From NCBI RefSeq assembly GCF_000018105.1, contig NC_009927.1:300001-332000 (forward strand): 32,000 bases of DNA, read 5' to 3'. Every line of letters starts with the position of its first letter. Within the stretch, counting starts at the first letter, position 1. Positions 17,293 to 25,821 of the stretch are shown piece after piece. The notes beneath the pieces are model-generated. The model was not told where the DNA came from, did no database searches, and saw only the letters and a program-made list of their open reading frames with translations. Source of the DNA: Acaryochloris marina MBIC11017. GTDB taxonomy: Bacteria; Cyanobacteriota; Cyanobacteriia; Thermosynechococcales; Thermosynechococcaceae. The position numbers and the translations under genes were made by a program.

Positions 17293-18834
17293 GTGACGCG
17301 CAAGGCTCATATCCCTGATATTCCTTCGATTAAGTCCGTGGAACAGGTCATCATGCTTCAGTCCAAATACGGACAAGATGTTGCTGCCTCCATTGATTTA
17401 GAACAGCAGTTGATTCATGACCAGTCCCCTGAAACGGCTCAGCAGTTGGCGGCACTAAAGGCATATCAGCAGAATCCCAATAACTGTCACAACGTCAGCT
17501 TTGCTCGATATCAAACTCGCTCGATTGCTTCACTGTTAGCACTCAGAGAGTCCTTGATGTTGTTGCTGAAAGATCATGGACATCCCATTGAGATGGAGGA
17601 ACTGAGAGACCGCAATGCCGATATCGTCGAGTCCTTCAGCAAAGTGCGGAAGCAGATGGAGGTGGAAACTGCGGTGATGCTGGGGACGGCTGATGGGGAG
17701 CGATTCACGGTGGAGCAGGCCATCCGAGTGATGGGAAGTTCTTCTGCCACCTATAAAGATACGTTGGATGCCAAAAAGGTCTTATTACAAGATGAGTTGC
17801 CCGGTGTTGAATTGACGGATGAATTCATTCATCAAGTCTGTGTGGAACATCGAGGACGGTTGAAGAGTGCCACGAAGTTGCATTGGATGTCTTATCACCC
17901 TGAAGTTGCTGAGGAATTAGACCGGAGAAACTTTATGAAACAGCTCAATAGTCAGTTCGTGTTGACTCATCGGTTAACTAATAATCGCATCCAGGTACAG
18001 TTACTTCGTGACCTGGGGGTATTTGACTTGGTAGATACTTACAACGTCACCAGCGCTGATTATGAAGCCTACGACAAGGCGTTGGAGAAAGGTCGCCAGG
18101 TGCAGCGGCAACGACAATCGTTGAGATTGGAGGTCAAGGGATTAGCTGGGCAGATCAGGGAAATTGTTCAGGAGCAGAAGGCCATTCAAGCCAAGTTAAC
18201 GGCATTGGGCAGAAAGGCTCATCCCAGGAAGACAACGCTGAAGGGGGAGCTGGAGCAGTTGGAGCAGCAGAAGCAGGGGCTGAAGGACCAGAAGCAGGGT
18301 TTAAGGGATGCTATTGAGCAGCAGTCTCAGGCATTCACCCAGGCCCGATATGAGCAGGTAGAGGCCCGGATGCGGATGGAAATCATGGTGATGACGGAGG
18401 ATGATCAGCGACTTGAGGATATCAAGGTGAAGGCGTTGGAATATCGCTATCAGATCTATCGCCATTTTCGGAATGTCATCAGTGAAGGTCAGAGTGCCGT
18501 TGCCATCGTCAATAAGTTGATTAAGCGAGTGGCCCATGAGTTGGTGAAGGTGGGAAGTGAGGAATCAGTGAGTCTCTATGTGATTCGCTATTCGGGCAAT
18601 GAAGCTTACAAAGACCAGATGCTGAAGGCGTTTCAGGTGAAGTGGAATCAGAGATTGGAGAAAAATAGACCAAGTTGTGAAATCTGTAAGAAAGACAGTG
18701 ATCTAATTACAGAAATGGAAAAGCGATCTGATATCAATGAGTTTGGTTGTGGATCTGATCAGGAAAACGGGCAGTTTGAGGGGAATGATGATGGAATTGA
18801 GGGGGGACCTGAGATGATAATGGGGTGCGATTGA
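17293..18834 (+). CDS. Coiled-coil hypothetical protein (513 aa from a GTG), probably the 3' part of a 5'-truncated gene
   Basis: Long ORF with the Q/E/K-rich segment LEQLEQQKQGLKDQKQGLRDAIEQQ. The frame is open without any start codon from 17098 to 17292, directly abutting the IS6 region. Confidence 0.6.
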   Translation: MTRKAHIPDIPSIKSVEQVIMLQSKYGQDVAASIDLEQQLIHDQSPETAQQLAALKAYQQNPNNCHNVSFARYQTRSIASLLALRESLMLLLKDHGHPIEMEELRDRNADIVESFSKVRKQMEVETAVMLGTADGERFTVEQAIRVMGSSSATYKDTLDAKKVLLQDELPGVELTDEFIHQVCVEHRGRLKSATKLHWMSYHPEVAEELDRRNFMKQLNSQFVLTHRLTNNRIQVQLLRDLGVFDLVDTYNVTSADYEAYDKALEKGRQVQRQRQSLRLEVKGLAGQIREIVQEQKAIQAKLTALGRKAHPRKTTLKGELEQLEQQKQGLKDQKQGLRDAIEQQSQAFTQARYEQVEARMRMEIMVMTEDDQRLEDIKVKALEYRYQIYRHFRNVISEGQSAVAIVNKLIKRVAHELVKVGSEESVSLYVIRYSGNEAYKDQMLKAFQVKWNQRLEKNRPSCEICKKDSDLITEMEKRSDINEFGCGSDQENGQFEGNDDGIEGGPEMIMGCD

Positions 18835-19458
18835 CCCCGAAATAAATTTCCGTTATTAGAATTAATTTTTTCAACGAAGTCTCTAGGAACTAACCTTAAG
18901 ACTAGCTTGGCTGTACCTCTATTGGCTGCACCATTGAAAGAGGATAAATATCTTGACTATTTTCTTCACTAAATCCAGCAATTTAAGACAGCACAAAAAA
19001 ACACAAAAAATCATTTTTATCCTGAATCATTGCTTTTATACTGATAATAGTCCCCCTATCAGGCGTTTTATTTGTTGATTTTAGTGCTAGCTATATTTGG
19101 AGGTGCTATTTGATAGGTTGTTTTTGCAAGTTCTTTGCTGTGATCTAGCAAGCTGGTATAAAAAGCGCTCGAAGTATACTATCGGTCTATGCTTTAAATT
19201 AATCCGTGCACCCCTGATTAAATTCCGTTGTACGGTGAGTGATTTAGATTTTTAAGTCTTGAGTTAAGAGGAATAAATAAAAGGTAAAAATTAAAAAAAT
19301 AAAGATGAACGAGATAAAGTTTAGTTAGGATCGTAAATATTGAGTTTTCCTGGCGGCTATCAAATACCTTATGATTCAGACTTTTCTTGGAATGTTTTTT
19401 ATTGAATTAAGTACCTTTTAGAAAACACTAAATTTTTGAAATAAAAGAGAGTAGTAAC

Positions 19459-21867
19459 ATGGGGCTAGTCTATAAGGTAAAAAAAGATTTAAAGAGATTG
19501 GCGGCATTTGGCTGGGACGAATGGTTTGCCCAACATGGTCTAGATATTACTGCAAAGGACTTGGGTTCAGAGTGTCAAAAACTTCTTCCCGCAATACGTC
19601 GGGATTTACCTGGCCTTGGAGACTTTTCTGTTAGTGGAAAGCGAGGTATTGAACCGGGTAAACCAGCGCTGAGCTTGGTATATCACGCCTTGGCGAGTCC
19701 CAATGTTCATCCAACAAATAATGGCACCCCCCATAACAATCCGGATGCTTATCCTACATTAGGTGAACTTGACAATCTGGAAAATTACATTTACGGATTG
19801 GCTCGTCGTTCTATTGATTCCTTCGACAACCCAGTGCTGGCTGTATTTGCCTATCAGTATCGCATTGCAGAAAACAGCCCACACAAAATCCACGCTGATC
19901 TGGGTTTTTCTCGTTGTGGTGTATCGAGAATCGGTACTGAAGCACCACGTTATGATGCGCCGACGAGATCCTATACATCTTCACCTGTTACAAGTGAGCG
20001 AGGTGCTGCGGTACTACCTGCTCGCTATGGGGCATTTATTGCTGAGCGTCGTGCACCAACCAGTGATGATGCGGTTTTTCGTGCTTCGTCATCTGATAAT
20101 CAGCAAATATTCTTGTTCCCAGTACATAAGCTATTTGCTGGCGATGAATGTTTACTTGATGAGCTTGGTGCTCCCATGACGGTTGGTACGATTAATTTTA
20201 GTGAGTACCATATTAACGAGAAGTTGCGTCGCTTACACACAGATTCTCCAGATAATCCTGGTTTTATCGAGCCTTTAGATATTTTCGATATTGATGCTTT
20301 TCCGTTTGTTCGTGATTCGAACAATGATCCTGAGCTGGCTTCTTTAGAATATGTCGGTGATTCAGTGTTAGTTGTGTCTCATCACCATGATCAACTGACG
20401 CGCACAGCAACTCAGAAGGTAGACGGGGCAGAGCAGTTAGCTCGCTTTCAAGTCCCATCGGGAACAAGCAATCGTTTTTTCAGCTCCTTATCCTTGCCTG
20501 CCCCTTCAGGTAGAGCTGCACCGGAATACGCTAATATTCGCCATAAATTTGTGAGCAATGATACTACAGAAGATTTAAATCAGACGTTATCAGCAGATGA
20601 GTTTCGGGAGCAGGTGATCGAAAAAGGCGGATATGAAGCAGTGCATTTTATTGATGATTCCTGCGATGGCGTTATTGCTGTTGAGGTATCTGGCTTGAGT
20701 GACTTGCCAACATCTTGCGCTTATTCTTTGGTCACGGCTGTCGACTTTTTCCCATTGATTAGACAACTAGATATTCAACGTTGGGTAGAGCAACTATATA
20801 ACGCTGACATTGGTTTAAGTTTGTCTGATATTTCAAGAAATAATCGACTGCATTTCAACCAAGGGGGCCCTAGGCCATTGAGTGATGGACGTTTTGAACG
20901 TTCATTATCAGGTGAGGCTAGTTTAATTCATAGGTCACCGAATATGTCGCTGAAAAATCCACTCACACAAGCTTCAGCATTTCCACGCAGTGATCATGCT
21001 AATTTCACTGTCACAAGCATCATTGGCAGAGCTGCTCAGGGGGATGCTTTTGACCCCGGCGAAAGTCCCTCTCGGGTGCTTAGCTGGTTACCAGACGCGG
21101 CAGCCGATGTGTTTGCTCCTGGCTGGGATATTTCAACGCATATCGTGAATGGTTTGGGGACCTATGCTTCTTATGGTTTGGGCAGTCCATTTCTGGAAGA
21201 TGCAAAACTCTGTGCTGCTCTAAATTCATACTGGCCAGCTGCGGCACCAGATTCTTCTCGTACCTTCAACATCTCCGGGTCACCCACAGCGCAGCCATTG
21301 CTTGATAGCGAGTTGGGTTATCATCCGAATCATCCGCGAGTTAAGCTTAATGAAGTTATCAGTAATCGAGGTTGGGATGGGGAATACGGACCGTTCATCG
21401 AAAGAGAAGGCGGACAAGAATTTGTTAATTCTGCCCATCGCAATCGTTCTGACTATGTGAGTAACGCGCTTGCTGGCACAATTGGGTTCAATGGTCTGAA
21501 TCAGGTTGATGCGGGAGAAATGATCCAGCGCATGGACGTGTTGAGATTATGCTTTAGCGCTTTGTCAAGACAAACGGTGCCTAACAATGACCTATGGTTA
21601 GTTAATGCTGAGAAAGTTGATGACTGGAATCAATGGAATAGTGAGGAGTTGCCGAAAGCTGATTCGGTTCTTTCAGGTGCAGGTTATATCTACCGATTTG
21701 TGATTGTTGATAATAGCTCTGTAGAAGATGTTGCGACAAATCCCGTCACACGTGAACGCTATAGCTTGCAAGAGATTTATGAGTTTCAAGTGAGTGCTAA
21801 AAAGCTATTTTTAAAGACTGCTGGTCATTGGAACCCTCCGATTGACATTGATATAGTAATTGAATGA
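19459..21867 (+). CDS. Large hypothetical protein (802 aa), no recognisable family
   Basis: A single uninterrupted ORF flanked by roughly 550-620 bp of AT-rich non-coding DNA on each side. A weak SD-like AAGAGAG lies upstream of the ATG. There is no signal peptide or transmembrane segment evident. Confidence 0.75.
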   Translation: MGLVYKVKKDLKRLAAFGWDEWFAQHGLDITAKDLGSECQKLLPAIRRDLPGLGDFSVSGKRGIEPGKPALSLVYHALASPNVHPTNNGTPHNNPDAYPTLGELDNLENYIYGLARRSIDSFDNPVLAVFAYQYRIAENSPHKIHADLGFSRCGVSRIGTEAPRYDAPTRSYTSSPVTSERGAAVLPARYGAFIAERRAPTSDDAVFRASSSDNQQIFLFPVHKLFAGDECLLDELGAPMTVGTINFSEYHINEKLRRLHTDSPDNPGFIEPLDIFDIDAFPFVRDSNNDPELASLEYVGDSVLVVSHHHDQLTRTATQKVDGAEQLARFQVPSGTSNRFFSSLSLPAPSGRAAPEYANIRHKFVSNDTTEDLNQTLSADEFREQVIEKGGYEAVHFIDDSCDGVIAVEVSGLSDLPTSCAYSLVTAVDFFPLIRQLDIQRWVEQLYNADIGLSLSDISRNNRLHFNQGGPRPLSDGRFERSLSGEASLIHRSPNMSLKNPLTQASAFPRSDHANFTVTSIIGRAAQGDAFDPGESPSRVLSWLPDAAADVFAPGWDISTHIVNGLGTYASYGLGSPFLEDAKLCAALNSYWPAAAPDSSRTFNISGSPTAQPLLDSELGYHPNHPRVKLNEVISNRGWDGEYGPFIEREGGQEFVNSAHRNRSDYVSNALAGTIGFNGLNQVDAGEMIQRMDVLRLCFSALSRQTVPNNDLWLVNAEKVDDWNQWNSEELPKADSVLSGAGYIYRFVIVDNSSVEDVATNPVTRERYSLQEIYEFQVSAKKLFLKTAGHWNPPIDIDIVIE

Positions 21868-21879
21868 TTGAAGATATTG

Positions 21880-21900
21880 ATATCACTACTGATATTTTTT
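21880..21900 (+). terminator. Weak intrinsic-terminator-like hairpin plus T-run after the 802-aa gene
   Basis: atatca (21880-21885), loop ctac, tgatat (21890-21895), then ttttt. The stem is short and AT-rich. Confidence 0.25.
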
Positions 21901-22414
21901 GTGGAATTGCTATTTACCTTTAAAAAGCAAGTTTATGGGGTTCCATCTACCTCATGAACTTGCCTAACCACTTATCATCGTTTAATCGTTCGAAATAGAG
22001 ACGATTATATTTAAGTCAAATTAGTTGTTACTTTATTTTCATTTGTGGTATTTTGCTAACGAACTTATGGATCACCTAGTAAATTGCAGATGGTTTACTA
22101 GTGTCATCACCGACGAAAATGTTAGCCTTCACCATCAGCCATCTTTCATGAATCAGATCACGTGCAGCATTGTTTTCATCATCACTCCAGTAAGGTTTTA
22201 AGTAGGGTACTGATTCCTACTCTACTTCCCATAAACAGTTATTAAATATTTCCCAGAATACAATGTCCTCCTTTCCTATGAGGTGAAACAAAGCAACTCT
22301 TTTGAATATTTTTCAAATGAACCTATCACCTTTTTACTCTACTTTTCTTTAAACCACTAGTATTTATTCAATATAACTAAGATTCACCTAAAAATATTCA
22401 ATGACAGTATTTGA

Positions 22415-22422
22415 AGAAAAAT
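22415..22422. repeat. 8-bp target-site duplication AGAAAAAT, left copy (ISL3 element)
   Basis: The identical octamer occurs at 23808-23815, immediately outside the inverted repeats. Confidence 0.9.
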
Positions 22423-23807
22423 GGCTCTCTGGGAATTAGCGTGTAGCAGTCCTACATTTAGTGTGTTTCCTTTTTCATCCCTATGGAATGATCTGAGGTA
22501 GTACTTCAGAGCAATGGCGTAATGGATAACTCAATTCGCATCCCGCTCAACCTTCCTGATATTCGAGTTCTAGAGCTATCGAAGACTGAGAGAGGGGATT
22601 GGCTCATCAAGATTGAGAGTACGCTTCAAGGAACAACCTGTCATCAATGCGGACGTGAGATTACTGACCTCCATTGTCATGATCAGCCTTTTCGGATTCG
22701 TCACCTGCCATTATTTGAAGTCCCCGTTTACTTAGAAATTCGGCCCAAGCGTTATCGATGCAAGTATTGCGATGACCATCCCACAACAACTCAACATTTA
22801 GAATGGCACGAACCTCGCAGTCCCAATACAAAAGCATATGAGCGTTGGCTTCTGCGAATCTTGATCAATTCAACGGTCTCAGATGTTGCCAGAAAACTAG
22901 GCGTTAGTGAGGATATCGTCAGTGGAATCATTGATCGTTGGATTGCCGCTCAAGTTGACTGGAGCGAATATGCAGACCTCAAAGTTATGGGGATGGATGA
23001 GATTTCTCTCAAACGAGGCCATCGTGATTTTGTGGTTTTGATCACGATTCCTACGACGGATGGGGTGGATATATTGGCAGTTCTAGCCGACCGTAAACAG
23101 CAGACAGTGGCAAATTTCCTTCAATCGATTCCCATTGATTTACGCCAAACCATTGAGCGCGTCTGTACGGACATGTACCAAGGATTTGTCAGTGCAGTCC
23201 GAGAACAATTGCCGCAAGCCAAAATTGTCATTGACCGCTTTCATGTGACCAAAGCCTATCGTAATTGTGCTGATACGGTTCGTAAACGTGAGGTCAAACG
23301 TCTACGACGAGAGCTCTCTAAGCAAGAGTATGACAGCATCAAAGGCGCGATGTGGCCTTTTAGAAAACGACCAGAGAATCTGAAAGAGTCAGAGCAACAA
23401 CTCCTTGAGCGATTGTTTGCTTATTCTCCACAACTGAAACAGGCGTACAACCTCCGAGAGAAACTCACGCAGATATTTGAGGGCAGGTACACCAAGCACG
23501 GAGCTAAATGTGCCATCCGTGCTTGGTGTAAACAAGTACTCAAGAGTGACATCAAGGAATTCGATTGTTTTCTGACCACTATCAATAATTGGATGGACGA
23601 GATGACCAACTATTTCCTGGAGGGGTGGACCAGTGGTTTTGTGGAAGGATTTAATAACCGAGTCAAAGTCTTAAAAAGACGATGCTACGGTATTTTCGAT
23701 ATTGAAAGACTCTTCCAAAGGATTTCTCTTGACCTCAATGGGTATCAGACATTCGCTGTGACCTAAACACTATATCTAGCGGCTACCACGCTAATTCCCG
23801 GAGAGCC
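22423..23807 (+). mobile_element. ISL3-family insertion sequence (1385 bp), apparently intact
   Basis: Terminal inverted repeats are GGCTCTCTGGGAATTAGCGTG (22423-22443) and the reverse complement of 23787-23807, GGCTCTCCGGGAATTAGCGTG (20 of 21 match). It has an 8-bp TSD and a single transposase ORF. Confidence 0.95.
22522..23766 (+). CDS. ISL3-family transposase (414 aa)
   Basis: N-terminal zinc-finger-like CHQCG...CKYC. Also MDEISLKRGHRDFVVLI, CTDMYQGF, DRFHV and GFVEGFNNRVKVLKRRCYG. Confidence 0.95.
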   Translation: MDNSIRIPLNLPDIRVLELSKTERGDWLIKIESTLQGTTCHQCGREITDLHCHDQPFRIRHLPLFEVPVYLEIRPKRYRCKYCDDHPTTTQHLEWHEPRSPNTKAYERWLLRILINSTVSDVARKLGVSEDIVSGIIDRWIAAQVDWSEYADLKVMGMDEISLKRGHRDFVVLITIPTTDGVDILAVLADRKQQTVANFLQSIPIDLRQTIERVCTDMYQGFVSAVREQLPQAKIVIDRFHVTKAYRNCADTVRKREVKRLRRELSKQEYDSIKGAMWPFRKRPENLKESEQQLLERLFAYSPQLKQAYNLREKLTQIFEGRYTKHGAKCAIRAWCKQVLKSDIKEFDCFLTTINNWMDEMTNYFLEGWTSGFVEGFNNRVKVLKRRCYGIFDIERLFQRISLDLNGYQTFAVT

Positions 23808-23815
23808 AGAAAAAT
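23808..23815. repeat. 8-bp target-site duplication AGAAAAAT, right copy (ISL3 element)
   Basis: See the left copy at 22415-22422. Confidence 0.9.
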
Positions 23816-24049
23816 TTCATTGAATATTTTTTTCAAGATTTAGGTTCTCACAAGGTTGCTTAAAGCTGAAATTATTTAAAGTTCCTAAGAAATTAAGCAA
23901 CCCCAGCAATAACCCCAGGCTATGAGTGCGCCTTGGAAATAGAGGGCACGTCCGATGTGTTGCGGGTGATTGAGCTGCGTCCTGGGGACACGATGGAGCG
24001 GATTGAGGAGATGGTGGGGGTGTAACAAGATCAGGCCGAAGTTTAAAAA

Positions 24050-25087
24050 TCAATTTGTTGATGAGCCAAGATCCCTAGCGAAATTATTTCTTAAGTGCAC
24101 TGAGTAATATTCAGGCGCATGATCAATTAGACTGAATTTAATATCATTAAAATTTTTTGAAATGATACTTGCTGTTGACTCAAAAATATTCTGGGAAGAA
24201 TTAATCAAAATATCATTATAATCTACTTTTTTACTCGGGTAAGTAGAAATATTGGTATTCTTATCAATATGTTTTAATTCTCCTACATGTTGATATAACT
24301 CTGGAAGTTGAAAAGAAGATAAAGGGGAATTAAACCGAGGGAAAGGAATATTCGGAAATGGTGTTTCGACAAGTTCTACTGATATAATTAAATCAGATAG
24401 AGGAAACTTTGTAATTGCATCATTATTATTAACAAATCTGAATATCTTTCCTTCTAGTTTTTTGTCAATACTATCAACAAATTCTGAGTTTCCTACTTTT
24501 GGGCAACCATAAGTGTAGATTCCTTGTGCTTTACCGAATCTGCTAGCGGCAAGAATAGCAAGAGCACCTCCTAGACTATGTCCAGTGAACCATAAGTACA
24601 TTTCTTGGTTTGTATCAATGAGCTCTTGGAGATATCCTTTTAAGTTTGGACCTTTCTCCCAAATCTCATCCAGAGCAGCTTTAAAACCCTCATGAGTTTT
24701 ACCTATTATGGAAGAATCAACCAGCTTTAATCGAGCATCGATGAGGACATCTTGGACAAAATTTGATCTCTTTATCTCAGTACCACGAAAAGAGATAATA
24801 GAGAACTTGTCATTACTAGCTACATAGCATTGAGTGCTACTACCTGAGAAGAGTTTAGCCTTATTAAGACCAATCTTTTTGAAATGTTGCTCACACACAG
24901 GTTCATTTTCTATATATGCTAAAAAAGCGCTATCTGCTAAACGCCAAGCATTAACTAATTGATATTCATTGCTATCATACTTAAAATGGTGAGTATCACC
25001 TTCTTCAAAATAATTGTATTCATGATTAGGTGGAATTAATCTATTGAGATTTTGAATAGAACCTGAAGGTGGTTGTACTATTTCCAT
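24050..25087 (-). CDS. Class-3 (fungal-type) lipase family alpha/beta hydrolase, low GC
   Basis: Nucleophile elbow FTGHSLGGALAILAA and IISFRGTE strand motif. There is no signal peptide. Hand-counted lines give about 23-38% G+C. Confidence 0.85.
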   Translation of the reverse strand: MEIVQPPSGSIQNLNRLIPPNHEYNYFEEGDTHHFKYDSNEYQLVNAWRLADSAFLAYIENEPVCEQHFKKIGLNKAKLFSGSSTQCYVASNDKFSIISFRGTEIKRSNFVQDVLIDARLKLVDSSIIGKTHEGFKAALDEIWEKGPNLKGYLQELIDTNQEMYLWFTGHSLGGALAILAASRFGKAQGIYTYGCPKVGNSEFVDSIDKKLEGKIFRFVNNNDAITKFPLSDLIISVELVETPFPNIPFPRFNSPLSSFQLPELYQHVGELKHIDKNTNISTYPSKKVDYNDILINSSQNIFESTASIISKNFNDIKFSLIDHAPEYYSVHLRNNFARDLGSSTN

Positions 25088-25589
25088 AGCTGAATATTGA
25101 AGTTTAAAGCTTATTAATAAATTGAATTAATGCTTTTTTTTGAAAAGATGATTTAACTTTAACATCTCTGTAAGTAATAAAAGGATTTTGGAAGTACTTT
25201 TTACATCTGTTCATAACAATCATATTACCAGTTAGAAAAGCTGATTAATTAAAACAAAGACTTATTCGTAAATTTATGGAAAGAAATGAATAAAATATTA
25301 GCTATGTTGATGCTATTTAATTATCTTGACTATTTTTCAGCTTTATACTTTCCTTTTAGAAGTTTTTGATATCTAGTTTAATCTGACATTTAAGTGTAAA
25401 TATTAAAATTTTTATATGTTTGCGTAAAATCTTTTAAGTTACCAGATAACTTACAGGCTATGTGAGACTTTTTTTGAGGGATTCAATAAACCTTACAAAT
25501 CAGATAAAAGCTATTGGGTGTTGAACATTCAGATGTTGCTCAAAGTCTTTGTAACCTGGCAAAATACTGCATAAGTTAAGGTCAGTATG

Positions 25590-25789
25590 TGGCCCAATTA
25601 AAAGGTAGCTGATACCAGGTGCAATCAAGCACTTTTAGGGGCCTGAAACGACGTAAAAACGTTCAGATTAGAAATCACTCAATTACTGAAAGTTAAAGGA
25701 TGTCGAGAAATATAAAGTCTTGAAATCCTTGATCTATATAGCTTTCAGTCTTTATTGCACCTGGAGTCATCGACCCCTCAATTGGGCCA
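25590..25789. mobile_element. MITE-like element: 36-bp imperfect terminal inverted repeats (29 of 36 match) enclosing 128 bp
   Basis: tggcccaattaaaaggtagctgataccaggtgcaat (25590-25625) versus the reverse complement of 25754-25789, tggcccaattgaggggtcgatgactccaggtgcaat. There is no ORF inside and no clear TSD. Confidence 0.5.
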
Positions 25790-25821
25790 AGACGTGGTTC
25801 TTTCTTATTCCTCTAAGGAAA

